A DNA stretch of 64,000 nucleotides. It comes from an uncultured bacterium. GTDB taxonomy: Bacteria; Patescibacteriota; Minisyncoccia; UBA6257; GWB1-50-10. Within the stretch, counting starts at the first letter, position 1. Every line of letters starts with the position of its first letter. Positions 10,383-20,062 of the stretch are shown here, in pieces. The notes beneath the pieces were generated by a model. The model saw only the letters and a list, made by a program, of their open reading frames with translations. It had not been told where the DNA came from and made no database searches. The DNA lies in assembly GCA_963713955.1 (NCBI GenBank), contig OY970216.1:442252-506251 (forward strand), in the 5' to 3' direction. A program made the position numbers and the translations under genes.

Positions 10383-11402
10383 ATGCCGATAGGAAGAGGA
10401 TTATCGTCTCTCATTCCGCCGAGGGAAGGAGGGAATGATGTCTCGGCGGAACAGCTTCAGAAAACCGACCGTCCACCCGCTCCAGCGGCGGGTAGCGGTC
10501 TTGACTCTCACCGCGATGCCTCCAAAACGTTTGGAGACCAAGCGCATCGCGGTTCCGAGACATTTTCTTCAGCTGTTCTGCCGAGACAAATGAGTGGAGT
10601 TGGTGGTAAGAAGCCGCAATCACGCGAAGCGGTTTTTCAAATTGAAACAAATAAGATCGTTCCGAATCCGTTCCAGCCGAGACGCGAATTCGAAGACGGC
10701 ACGCTCGACGAGCTCGCCGAATCGATAAAACAATTCGGCATCATCCAACCGCTCATCGTTTCGAAAGTGACCGAGGAAACGGAAACCGGAACGGACGTCT
10801 CGTACCAGCTCATCGCCGGCGAACGGCGGCTCCGAGCTGCGCAGAAACTTGGTCTGGAGCGAGTGCCGGTCATCGTGAGAGAGATTGAATATCCGGGACA
10901 CAAGCTTGAACTGGCGCTCATCGAGAATATCCAAAGGCGCGATTTGAATCCCATCGAAGAAGCCAAGGCCTATTCCCGTTTGCAAGACGAATTCGGTTTG
11001 ACGCAAAAGGAAATAGGGGTGCGAGTCGGGAAAAGCAGGGAAGTGGTGGCTAACAGTCTCCGGCTCCTTAATTTGCCGCGGGACATCCAGAAAGCCCTTG
11101 CGGAGAGCAAGATAAGCGAGTCCCAGGCGAGAGCACTCCTTTCCATTCCGAACGCTGCCGACCAGGAACGGACCTTCAGAGATATTCTCGATCAGAAATT
11201 GAGCGTCAGGAGCATTCGGAGCGAGATAAAAAAGCAGGAACGCCCCGAAGATCCGGAAGTCATTTTTTTGAAAAAGAAGCTCGAGGAACATCTCGGCATG
11301 CCTGTCAGGATCGTGGGACAGGGCGGGAAGGGAAAGATCGTGATCGATTTCTTTTCCAAGGAAGATATTAAGAATTTTATCGACAAGCTCGGCGGAGAGT
11401 AA
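10383..11402 (+). CDS. parB: chromosome partitioning protein ParB/Spo0J with ~70-aa low-complexity N-terminal extension
   Basis: RGLSSLIP N-terminal motif, LIAGERRLRAA ParB box, HTH. Confidence 0.85.
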   Translation: MPIGRGLSSLIPPREGGNDVSAEQLQKTDRPPAPAAGSGLDSHRDASKTFGDQAHRGSETFSSAVLPRQMSGVGGKKPQSREAVFQIETNKIVPNPFQPRREFEDGTLDELAESIKQFGIIQPLIVSKVTEETETGTDVSYQLIAGERRLRAAQKLGLERVPVIVREIEYPGHKLELALIENIQRRDLNPIEEAKAYSRLQDEFGLTQKEIGVRVGKSREVVANSLRLLNLPRDIQKALAESKISESQARALLSIPNAADQERTFRDILDQKLSVRSIRSEIKKQERPEDPEVIFLKKKLEEHLGMPVRIVGQGGKGKIVIDFFSKEDIKNFIDKLGGE

Positions 11403-11424
11403 TAACTCTTTGTTATAATTTACT

Positions 11425-11856
11425 GTGATGGAAATCAAACAATTCATCGCGGGGAGAGCTCTTATCGTCCATGACGGGAAAGTTCTCATTATCCGCGAAT
11501 CAACTAAATATAAAGGTGGCTCGAATATCGGGAAGTACGATTTTCCGGGAGGGAAAATAAAGCCGGGAGAAAGCTATCAGCAAGCGCTCGAGCGGGAATC
11601 GCTTGAGGAGTGCGGGTTGAAGATAAAGATAGGTAAACCATTCTTCGTAGCTGAGTGGTGGCCGGAGGTAGCGGCCGGAGAAGTACAAATAATCGGCATC
11701 TTCTTCGAATGTACCGCCGAGAGCGATCAGGTAACCTTGAGCAACGACCACGATGACTATCAATGGATCAATCCCGTCGATTATCGCAATTACGATATGA
11801 TCGAAGCGGATAAAAAGGCACTCGGGGTTTATCTTAAGGAGCAAGCATTAAAATAG
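11425..11856 (+). CDS. NUDIX hydrolase
   Basis: Nudix box GGKIKPGESYQQALERESLEECGL. Confidence 0.8.
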   Translation: MMEIKQFIAGRALIVHDGKVLIIRESTKYKGGSNIGKYDFPGGKIKPGESYQQALERESLEECGLKIKIGKPFFVAEWWPEVAAGEVQIIGIFFECTAESDQVTLSNDHDDYQWINPVDYRNYDMIEADKKALGVYLKEQALK

Positions 11857-12043
11857 CCATCGCTTTATCAAATATGAAATCAGTCATCATTTGCGGTAGT
11901 CGTCGTTTCAAGCCGGAACGGAAATAAGGGAATTTGCCAGTAGATTGAGAGAACTGGGAGTGGTTGTGTATGAGCCGTATCTTCACTGAAGCTTACCGAA
12001 CAGGCAGAACCTTCTGGGATTCCTAAACAAATAAATAAAACAA

Positions 12044-12121
12044 GGGCTCGGTAAGGCGAAAAAGTGGGTAAGACTTGGCCTAGCGGCCCGGAGCGCACAC
12101 TTTTTCGGCTTGCCGGGCCCC
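12044..12121. repeat. structured palindromic repeat, family F1 copy C (reverse orientation), between convergent genes
   Basis: ~78 bp; 10-bp stem CGAAAAAGTG/CACTTTTTCG plus inner hairpin; 3 copies in window. Confidence 0.7.
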
Positions 12122-12129
12122 GCAGTGTC

Positions 12130-13833
12130 TTACCTCAGGAACTTATAACTCACTTCCTTGGCACCAGGCACTCTCTTGATCTTCACGACAAGCGTTTCCA
12201 ATTTCCCCTGCGAGAGCGCCGGGCAGCGGAGAATCACCGTCGAGAAAGTCGAGCGGTGGTCCGTCTCGCTCGTGAGGTAAGTTATGTTTATTTTGGAGTT
12301 GGCGAAAACCTCGGTAATGTCTTTCAAGAATCCCGGCCGATCCAGATTGACGATTTTGAACTCCACTCCCTTCGGTGCAATCTTGCCGACGAGTTTCCGT
12401 TCATTCTCGTTGATCGCGCTTTTGACTTTTTTCTTGGCTTCACTCGTTTTCACGAATCGGAGCCACCCTTCCGAAGGTTTCTTTCCTTTTTGAGTGACTA
12501 TTTCCACGACGTCTCCCGATTTAAGTTCGTAATCCAAGGGCGTGATTTTGCCGTTCACGCGAGCGCCGACGCACGTGTCGCCGATTTGGGAATGAATGCG
12601 ATAAGCGAAGTCAACCGGCGTCGATCCGGCGGGAAGATCGATCACGTCGTTGTGGGGCGTGAAGACGAAAATCCGATCCTTAAAAAAGTCTACTTTCACC
12701 GAGTTCAGGAATTCTTTCTGATTCGGAAACGCTTTTTGCCAATTTTGGAGTTGTTTTACCCATGTCAATTCTTTTTTATTCTTGACGCCTCGCCACCCGG
12801 CGACCGATTTGGTCGATTTCTTTTCCTGCTCGTAAGCCCAGTGGGCGGCGATGCCGAGCTCGTTTTCCTCGTGCATTTCCTGAGTTTTGATTTGCACTTC
12901 CAGGATCTTGTTGTCCAGGCAGAAGACGGTGGTATGCAAGCTCCGGTAGCCGTTCGGCTTCGGCCGGGCGATGTAATCTTTGAAACGGCCAGTCATCGGC
13001 GGCCACAAACTGTGAATGACGCCGAGCGTCGCATAGCACTCTTCGACGGTTCCGACGATGATGCGGAGCGCCACGAGATCGTAAATTTCGCTCAAATTCA
13101 TGTTGTGACGCAGCAGTTTCTTGTACAAACTGTAGTATCGTTTGGCGCGAGCATCGATGTGGAGCGGATGGATGTTCTTTTCTTCCAACGTTTTCTCTAT
13201 GATCGGGACGACCTTCTTGACGTATTTCTGACGCTCTTCGAAGGTATCTTTCACCTCCTTGAGGAGCCATTGGTATTCTTCGGGGTGGATGTAAGGGAAA
13301 GCGAGATCCTCGAGTTCCCCGGAGAGTTTCTGCATGCCGAGGCGATAGGCGAGGGGGGCGTAGATTTCCGACGTTTCGAGGGCGAAGATTTTCTGGCGTT
13401 CCGGGAGCAGGAACTCAAGCGTCTGCATATTATGCAGGCGGTCGGCGAGCTTCACGATGAGAACGCGGAGATCTTCGCTGAAGGCAATGATGAAACGGCG
13501 CATATTCTCGGCGTCTTGATTCTGGGGATATTGGAGATTCTCGAGTTTCGTGAGCCCCTGGACCAGGAAGGCTATTTCCTCGCCGAAGTTTTTCTTGATC
13601 TCGTCGATCGTGACCGTGGTGTCTTCCACGACGTCGTGGAGGAGGGCGGCGGCAACGGATGCTTCGTCCAAATTCCATTCGCTTACGCTCCGCGCGACCG
13701 CGAGGGGATGAGTGATGTACGGTTCTCCGTTCATTCGCTTTTCTCCCTCGTGGGCTTTCTGTGCGAAGTCATAGGCTTTTTGGATCAAAGGAGAGTTTGT
13801 TTTTTCGACCCACTCTATTGACATATATTGCAA
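12130..13833 (-). CDS. rel: bifunctional (p)ppGpp synthetase/hydrolase Rel (HD, synthetase, TGS, ACT domains; short form)
   Basis: HD motif HDVVEDT, synthetase RIIVGTVEECY, TGS GDTCVGARVNGK. Confidence 0.9.
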   Translation of the reverse strand: MQYMSIEWVEKTNSPLIQKAYDFAQKAHEGEKRMNGEPYITHPLAVARSVSEWNLDEASVAAALLHDVVEDTTVTIDEIKKNFGEEIAFLVQGLTKLENLQYPQNQDAENMRRFIIAFSEDLRVLIVKLADRLHNMQTLEFLLPERQKIFALETSEIYAPLAYRLGMQKLSGELEDLAFPYIHPEEYQWLLKEVKDTFEERQKYVKKVVPIIEKTLEEKNIHPLHIDARAKRYYSLYKKLLRHNMNLSEIYDLVALRIIVGTVEECYATLGVIHSLWPPMTGRFKDYIARPKPNGYRSLHTTVFCLDNKILEVQIKTQEMHEENELGIAAHWAYEQEKKSTKSVAGWRGVKNKKELTWVKQLQNWQKAFPNQKEFLNSVKVDFFKDRIFVFTPHNDVIDLPAGSTPVDFAYRIHSQIGDTCVGARVNGKITPLDYELKSGDVVEIVTQKGKKPSEGWLRFVKTSEAKKKVKSAINENERKLVGKIAPKGVEFKIVNLDRPGFLKDITEVFANSKINITYLTSETDHRSTFSTVILRCPALSQGKLETLVVKIKRVPGAKEVSYKFLR

Positions 13834-13883
13834 ATTATAGCGTTTTTATGAAGAGTTGACAAATCCGCTTTCAAAAAATAAAA

Positions 13884-13910
13884 TTAGCGACAAAAGGTCA
13901 ACATTGCTAA
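13884..13910 (+). promoter_or_regulatory. degenerate CIRCE-like inverted repeat (TTAGCGACA-N9-CATTGCTAA) and promoter (-35 TTGACA 13853-13858) upstream of groES
   Basis: TTAGC...GCTAA arms with 9-nt spacer; position relative to groES. Confidence 0.35.
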
Positions 13911-13922
13911 TATAAATAAAAA

Positions 13923-14213
13923 ATGAACTTCAAGCCATTGTCCAATCATTTGTTCATAGAGCCGCAGGAAGAAGAAGCGGTCACGAAATCGGGCATCGTT
14001 CTGCCGGACACTGCGGAAAAGGAACGTCCGATCCGCGGCAAGGTATTGGCCGTCGGTCCCGGGAAGCTGAACGACAAGGGAGAAAGAATTCCCATGTCGG
14101 TAAAGGTCGGGGATATCGTCCTTTTCAAAAAATACGGCCCCGATGAAATAGAGATAGAAAACAAGAAGTACTTGGTCGGAGACGAGGATGACATCCTCGC
14201 GGTTATAGAATAA
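13923..14213 (+). CDS. groES: co-chaperonin GroES
   Basis: 96 aa, mobile-loop and Hsp10 fold signature. Confidence 0.95.
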   Translation: MNFKPLSNHLFIEPQEEEAVTKSGIVLPDTAEKERPIRGKVLAVGPGKLNDKGERIPMSVKVGDIVLFKKYGPDEIEIENKKYLVGDEDDILAVIE

Positions 14214-14221
14214 CTACGAAT

Positions 14222-15871
14222 ATGGCAAAACAAATATTATTCGACGAGAACGCACGTTCTTCGATGAAAAAAGGGATAGACAAACTGGCGAAGGCCGTCC
14301 GGATGACTTTAGGCCCGCGCGGCAGAGCGGCAGTCATAGAGAAAGGCTACGGCGCGCCGCAAGTCACGTTCGACGGCGTGACGGTCGCAAAGGAGATAGA
14401 ACTCCAGGATAAGTATGAGAATCTGGGTGCAGAGTTTTTGAAACAAGCCGCCGACAAGACCGATGAGCAGGTGGGAGACGGCACGACGACATCCGTCGTC
14501 TTGGCGCAGGCGATGATCGAGGAAGGCGAAAAAGCCATCAATGAAAAAGGATTTAACGTGATCCAGCTTGCCGAGGAATTGAAACGCGGGAGCGTTGCCG
14601 TCGTGAAGGCCCTGGAAAGTCAGAAAGAGGAAATAAACGACAACAAAAAGGTTGAGGAAGTGGCCACCCTTTCTTCCAAGGAGAAGGCGATCGGAAAGCT
14701 CATCGCCGAAGTCATGGCCAAGGTCGGGCGGGACGGCGTCGTGACGGTTGAAGACTCCAACACCATTGGCAATTCCTATGAAATTGTTGAAGGGATGCAG
14801 TTTGATCGTGGCTACATTTCCCCCTATATGATCACCAATCAGGAAAAAATGGAAGCGGTTTTGGAGGATCCCTATATTCTCGTGACGGACCGGAAGATTT
14901 CTTCGATCAACGATTTGCTGCCGCTTTTGGAAAAGATAATACAGAGCGGAAAGAAAGAACTCCTCATCATCGCGGACGACGTTGACGGAGAGGCGCTTGC
15001 GACCCTGGTGCTTAATAAGATCAGGGGCGTTTTCAGCGTCGTAGCGGTAAAATCCCCCGGCTTCGGCGACCGGAAAAAAGAAATGCTCCAAGACGTAACG
15101 ACGGTAACCGGCGCTGCGTTCATTTCGGAAGATTTGGGGAAGAAGATCGAAAATGTCGATTTGGGAGATTTGGGTCATGCGCGCCGGATCGTCGTTGACA
15201 AGGATAACACGACGATCGTCGGCGGGGCGGGCGACAAGTCGGCAATCGGCGAAAGGGTTAATCAAATCAAAGCGCAGATAAAGAAGACCGATTCCGATTT
15301 TGACAAAGAAAAGCTTCAAGAAAGGCTGGGGAAGCTTTCCGGTGGAGTAGCCGTAATAAAGGTAGGCGCCCCGACCGAATCGGCGCAGAAAGAACTGAAA
15401 CAGCGCGTTGACGACGCGGTGGCGGCAACACGCGCGGCAATGGAAGAAGGCATCGTCCCCGGCGGCGGCGTGGCGCTTTTCAACGTTGTGCCTTCAATAA
15501 CCCCGGAAAAAGTAGAAAGCGGCTCCGTCGGAGCGGCGGTTTACACAATATTGAGTCGTGCTCTCCAATCGCCAATCGCGGCTATCATTGAGAACAGCGG
15601 TGAGAGCGTCGCGAGTGTCACGGATAAACTGAAGGAAAATTGGCGGAAGGGAAACGCTTGGAATGGTTTCAACGCTTTCACGAATAAAGTTGAAGATCTA
15701 AAGTCCGCCGGCGTGATCGATCCCTTGAAAGTGACGAAAACCGCTTTTATGAATGCCGTGTCCGTCGCAGCCACCTATCTCACGATCGGCGCGGCTGTCA
15801 CGGACTTGCCCGAGAAGAAAGACAAAGGAACTCCCGGCATGGGCGATATGGGCATGGGCGGCGACTACTAA
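14222..15871 (+). CDS. groEL: chaperonin GroEL
   Basis: Hsp60 family, C-terminal GGM repeat. Confidence 0.97.
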   Translation: MAKQILFDENARSSMKKGIDKLAKAVRMTLGPRGRAAVIEKGYGAPQVTFDGVTVAKEIELQDKYENLGAEFLKQAADKTDEQVGDGTTTSVVLAQAMIEEGEKAINEKGFNVIQLAEELKRGSVAVVKALESQKEEINDNKKVEEVATLSSKEKAIGKLIAEVMAKVGRDGVVTVEDSNTIGNSYEIVEGMQFDRGYISPYMITNQEKMEAVLEDPYILVTDRKISSINDLLPLLEKIIQSGKKELLIIADDVDGEALATLVLNKIRGVFSVVAVKSPGFGDRKKEMLQDVTTVTGAAFISEDLGKKIENVDLGDLGHARRIVVDKDNTTIVGGAGDKSAIGERVNQIKAQIKKTDSDFDKEKLQERLGKLSGGVAVIKVGAPTESAQKELKQRVDDAVAATRAAMEEGIVPGGGVALFNVVPSITPEKVESGSVGAAVYTILSRALQSPIAAIIENSGESVASVTDKLKENWRKGNAWNGFNAFTNKVEDLKSAGVIDPLKVTKTAFMNAVSVAATYLTIGAAVTDLPEKKDKGTPGMGDMGMGGDY

Positions 15872-15897
15872 CTCTCTAGAAGCTTAATATCTAAGCA

Positions 15898-17571
15898 ATG
15901 GAAACTTGGCAAGAATACGAGCCAGATCTTACTCCCCATCATTGGACTTCTGAAGACAGGTTTTATCTAGAGCCCTTTGCCACGAACCCTGACGGCTTCA
16001 TTTCGGTCTTGAGGAACCTTCCTCCCGAGATCGCTGGTGCTCTCTGCTCAAGAGCCAGCCGCGCTTCGGGTTCTCTCCTCGAGGTATTTCTGAAGGAGTA
16101 CGTCTATCCCATCGTTAAGGGGGAGGATAAAGAACTTGCTGCTGAGCTCGAGAATACGGTGAAATTCCTGCGCGAACACGGCTTCAAGAAAATCTTAAAC
16201 AACCAACGCGCCCAGTCTTTTTACGCCAAATGGCTTTCGCAGTACGGCGATGATTCCATCGCCCAGATGACCGGAACCCACCTGATATTCTGGGGCATAT
16301 CCCAGGTGGCGATGAAATTTATAGAAGACCAGCGTATCGGCCTTGAACCAATCGAGAAATCCACGCGGTACGTCAATTTCGGGAGCAAAACCGACGGTCA
16401 TTATTTGTATTACGTTCCGAGGCCGGATTTGGAAAAAATCGGTCTCCTCGGCGAATACCAAAAAACTCTCGATAATCTCTTTGACACGTACGTCGAGCTT
16501 TTGCCGCCGCTCGTCGGATGGCTCAAAGAGAACTTCGACGAGAAGGATTCCATATTGGAGAAAAAGGCTTTCGATACGCTGCGGGGACTTTTGCCGATGG
16601 CGACCCTCGGCCAAGTCGCGTTCCGGGGGAACGCCCAGGCGTTCGAGTACCTCGTGAATCGGACCGCAAAGCACCACTTGGGCGAACTCCGGTGGATTTC
16701 GCGGGCGGTCAAGAAGGAGTTGGACGAGGAAATTCCATCGCTCCTCCTCAGGGTCAACGATGAGCCGGCGGCCGCCTATCAATCCTACTTGAGCGGAAGA
16801 CACGGTGCTGTGAGAAAATTCCTGAAGGAAAACGGTATCGACGTGCGAAAATCGCTCTCGGGGGAGCCTACCGTGAAGCTCGTTGAGTGGGACGACGCCG
16901 CCGAGTCGAAGATCATGTCGGGGATCGTTTTTGAGCATACGCACGGTGAGTGGAATAATATCCTGGAATCGGTGGAGAAGATGTCGGAAGAGAAAAGGAG
17001 AGAATTGATCGCGACTTACCTCAAAGACAGGAGTCAAAGATGGCATAAGGTAGGCCGGGCTTTCGAGAATTCGTACTTGAGGTTCGAGATAACCATGAAC
17101 ATCGGCGCGTACCGCGATTTGCATCGGCACCGGATGATGACGCAGGAACGGCAGCTCTTCTCGACCCATCATGGGTACGATGTTCCTCAAGAGATCATTG
17201 AATCTGACTTGAAGGACAGATTCACGTCGGCTCTCGATAAAGCGGGCGAGTTTTTCCTTAAGATTGAGTCTTTCGACGCCGGCCTCGCCCAATATGTCGT
17301 CCCTCTAGCTTACCGGATGAGATTTTTCCAATGGCAAAATTTCCGGCAGCTTTTTTGGGAGTCGGAACTTCGAACGATATCCCAGGGACACCCCGACTAC
17401 CGGCACATTGAGCAGGAGAAATACCGCTTGGTGAAAGAGAAATTCCCGCTTATATCAAGCTTCATGCTGGTTGACATGAACGAGTACGACGTCGCGAGGA
17501 GGGGAACAGAGGAAGAGATAAAAAAGAAAGAGGAGTTCTTGGTGGAAAAATTGAAGAAGAAAGTGCTATAG
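15898..17571 (+). CDS. thyX: tandem-domain ThyX-family protein (flavin-dependent thymidylate synthase-like); N-terminal domain degenerate
   Basis: C-terminal half carries RHRMMTQERQ...STHHGY and RFFQWQNFRQLFW motifs resembling the ThyX RHR...S.RY and YTRFFW motifs; N-terminal half retains STRY but lacks RHR. Confidence 0.55.
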   Translation: METWQEYEPDLTPHHWTSEDRFYLEPFATNPDGFISVLRNLPPEIAGALCSRASRASGSLLEVFLKEYVYPIVKGEDKELAAELENTVKFLREHGFKKILNNQRAQSFYAKWLSQYGDDSIAQMTGTHLIFWGISQVAMKFIEDQRIGLEPIEKSTRYVNFGSKTDGHYLYYVPRPDLEKIGLLGEYQKTLDNLFDTYVELLPPLVGWLKENFDEKDSILEKKAFDTLRGLLPMATLGQVAFRGNAQAFEYLVNRTAKHHLGELRWISRAVKKELDEEIPSLLLRVNDEPAAAYQSYLSGRHGAVRKFLKENGIDVRKSLSGEPTVKLVEWDDAAESKIMSGIVFEHTHGEWNNILESVEKMSEEKRRELIATYLKDRSQRWHKVGRAFENSYLRFEITMNIGAYRDLHRHRMMTQERQLFSTHHGYDVPQEIIESDLKDRFTSALDKAGEFFLKIESFDAGLAQYVVPLAYRMRFFQWQNFRQLFWESELRTISQGHPDYRHIEQEKYRLVKEKFPLISSFMLVDMNEYDVARRGTEEEIKKKEEFLVEKLKKKVL

Positions 17572-17588
17572 TATATCAATAAGAGGGT

Positions 17589-18035
17589 ATGAAAGTGCGC
17601 GATGTTATGATAGCGCCAGTCATAACGGTATCGCCGTGGACGACATATGAAGATACCGCGCTTTTGCTTTGTGCCCGCAACATCAGCGGCGTGCCGGTCG
17701 TGAACGACGAGGGCGAACTCGTAGGTATCGTATCGGAGAAAGATCTTTTCCGTGCCATGTATCCTCGCTACGAGGAATACATTTTGGAGCCGCATGCATT
17801 CTGCGATCGGGAACTTCAGGAGGAAGAAATCAAGACTGTCCGAAAGCAGCCGGTCGAAAAATATATGTCGAAGCAAGTGGTGACGATCGACGCCGATGCC
17901 CCCATCCTCCGGGCCGGCGGCCTTATGCTCGCGCGAGGCCTTCACCGGCTGCCCGTCATTGACAAAGGGAAACTTGTCGGCATCGTCACGCGGGAAGACA
18001 TTTACGGTACCATTCTCAAAAAACACTTGGGTTGA
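17589..18035 (+). CDS. CBS domain pair protein
   Basis: two CBS repeats (GVPVVNDEGELVGIVSEKD / RLPVIDKGKLVGIVTRED). Confidence 0.8.
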   Translation: MKVRDVMIAPVITVSPWTTYEDTALLLCARNISGVPVVNDEGELVGIVSEKDLFRAMYPRYEEYILEPHAFCDRELQEEEIKTVRKQPVEKYMSKQVVTIDADAPILRAGGLMLARGLHRLPVIDKGKLVGIVTREDIYGTILKKHLG

Positions 18036-18112
18036 CACGGAATGTATCAGTGAGGTAAATTAAACTCTGGTCCTTAAGAACCTTTTTGCAGACATTGTGA
18101 TGGATAGGTTTC

Positions 18113-19237
18113 TTTAGACAGTCACTCGACAAGTTTTCTCGTCGTTTTTTCATTCTCTCACACTGCTATCTTCTCTGCAAACACCGAAGGCGGCATCCTG
18201 AGAGCGGAGTGGATTCTTGTATGGTTGTACTCCCAAAGCGTTCGGTAGATCTCCGCCACAAGTTCCCCTAAGGATCTGAACCGATTAGGATCGCCAAGAT
18301 CCATTTTGAATTTTCCGTAGAAAGATTCTTGGTATCCGTTCTCCCACGGCGATCCGGGGCGTGAGCGGGAGATGGTGATGCCGTAGCGCTCAAGCATAGC
18401 GATGAACGCCTTCGCTTCGTATTCCCTCCCGTTGTCAGAATGGAAGATCACGGGTCGCGGGCAATGGAAGAGCGCGTTCGCCAGAGTTTGGATGGTGAGC
18501 GTCGATCCCTTCCGGGTCGCCACATGAACGCCCATCAGTTGCCTCGTAAACAGGTTAAGGATCGTTGATACGTACAGCTTCTTCCCGTGAAAGACAAGCT
18601 CCGTGAAATCCGTCGCCCAGACATGGTTCGCATATGATGGCATAATGCCGAGGAGGAGGTTCGGGAAGTGCCGTTCCGCCTTGGATTTCCTGTATTTTCT
18701 CCCATGCCTGCGGTAGGGCTTGATGCCGTAAATCCGCATGACCCGTTGCGCTCTCGGTCTGCCGATGCCGAGCGCAATCGCCAGTCGGCGTGAGCCGTAT
18801 GAGGGATGCTCGTGAAGCACCTCCTCCGTCCGGACCTTTAATGCCCAATCCTTCTTGTCCTGCGTTGCGACGTAATAGAGCGATGAGCGCGAGACACCCA
18901 TGGCGCGAGCCAGGGCGGATACGTTCCTTTCCCTGCTCAATTCTTTTTTTGGGTCTGGGACAGCTTGATCGTGAGTTCACCGATCACTTCGAAGAGTTCC
19001 TGATTCTGTTTCTTTAGGCGATTGATTTCTCCCCAGGAGGGAGCGCTCGTGGCACCGGCGCCGAGCCATCCATACACGGTTGTCTCGTGGACGCCTGCAT
19101 CTTTTGCCGCTTCTGCGACGGAGACGCCTTCTTCCTTCACGCGGCGGACAATCTCCGCTTTTACCTCTTTCGCTACCCGATATCCTTTTTTGTTAGCCAT
19201 GACACAATGGTAATTTGTTCCGACCTTTGTGTCTAAA
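18113..19237 (-). mobile_element. IS3-family insertion sequence (copy 1): orfA 18937..19200 (HTH) and orfB 18158..18940 (DDE integrase) on minus strand; ends approximate
   Basis: orfA/orfB overlap typical of -1 frameshift; DDE core HSDNGREY...PWENGYQESF; terminal TTTAGACA(G/C) at both ends. Confidence 0.8.
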
Positions 19238-19265
19238 TTTTCCTATCCGGAACATACTAAGAGTA

Positions 19266-19296
19266 GAGGTCGCAGGTTCAAGCCCTGCTGTCTGCA
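19266..19296 (+). pseudogene. tRNA-like 3' half (T-arm GCAGG-TTCAAGC-CCTGC plus acceptor TGTCTGC-A) immediately downstream of IS copy 1
   Basis: complementary acceptor 5' strand GCAGACA lies at 18088-18094 just upstream of the IS, which suggests an IS-split tRNA-like gene. Confidence 0.4.
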
Positions 19297-19505
19297 CGAC
19301 TCACGGGTAAAGGCAAGCCCTATCTCCTGAGGATTAAAATATACTCGCATCCCCATCCGGGATAAAAGGCGAGGTGCCCGGAGGATAGAGCTTAATATCC
19401 CGTGTGGCATGGTATCTTCCATGCCTTTTCCCATGCGTACGAAGGTGGCCTGTTCCTAATATAAGCCACCTTCTCTTCCTATTTGCTTTGTTGTATAATC
19501 GACAC

Positions 19506-20060
19506 ATGAATTTAGTGACAATATTAATACTCATTCTCGTTTTGGTCGTTCTGTGGCTCATTTTCGCCTTCAATGGCCTTGTGCGAAGGAGAAACCGCGT
19601 CCAAGAAGCGTGGTCCGACATAGAGGTCCAATTGAAAAGGAGGTACGATTTAATACCCAATCTCGTTGAAACGGTGAAGGGCTATGCGACACACGAAAAG
19701 ACAGTCTTGGAAAACGTGACAAACGCTCGGGTTGCGGCCATGGGCGCCGTCGACCCGAAGGCGAAACTCGCGGCGAATGACCAGCTTTCAAATACTTTGA
19801 AATCGCTTTTCGCGGTCGCCGAAAATTACCCGAATCTCAAGGCGAACGAGAATTTCTTGAAATTGCAGGATGAATTGACCGACACCGAAGACAAGATCCA
19901 GGCAGCGAGGAGATTCTACAATGCGAACGTCAGGGATTTCAACACGGCAATCGAAGTGTTCCCGACGAACCTGATCGCGGGCGCGTTCCATTTCACGAGG
20001 CGGGAACTTTTCGACGTGGATAATCCCGCGGAAAAGGAACCGGTCAAAGTTCAATTTTAG
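19506..20060 (+). CDS. lemA: LemA family protein (ORF track start 19404; probable start ATG 19506)
   Basis: N-terminal TM helix plus LemA motif; -10 TATAAT at 19493; canonical lemA-htpX pair. Confidence 0.8.
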   Translation: MNLVTILILILVLVVLWLIFAFNGLVRRRNRVQEAWSDIEVQLKRRYDLIPNLVETVKGYATHEKTVLENVTNARVAAMGAVDPKAKLAANDQLSNTLKSLFAVAENYPNLKANENFLKLQDELTDTEDKIQAARRFYNANVRDFNTAIEVFPTNLIAGAFHFTRRELFDVDNPAEKEPVKVQF

Positions 20061-20062
20061 GA

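Noticed and set aside
19238-19300. Intact tRNA immediately downstream of IS copy 1
   Set aside because: Only the T-arm and acceptor 3' strand (about 31 nt) are present on this side; the matching 5' strand is on the other side of the IS. It is reported as a split tRNA-like gene instead.
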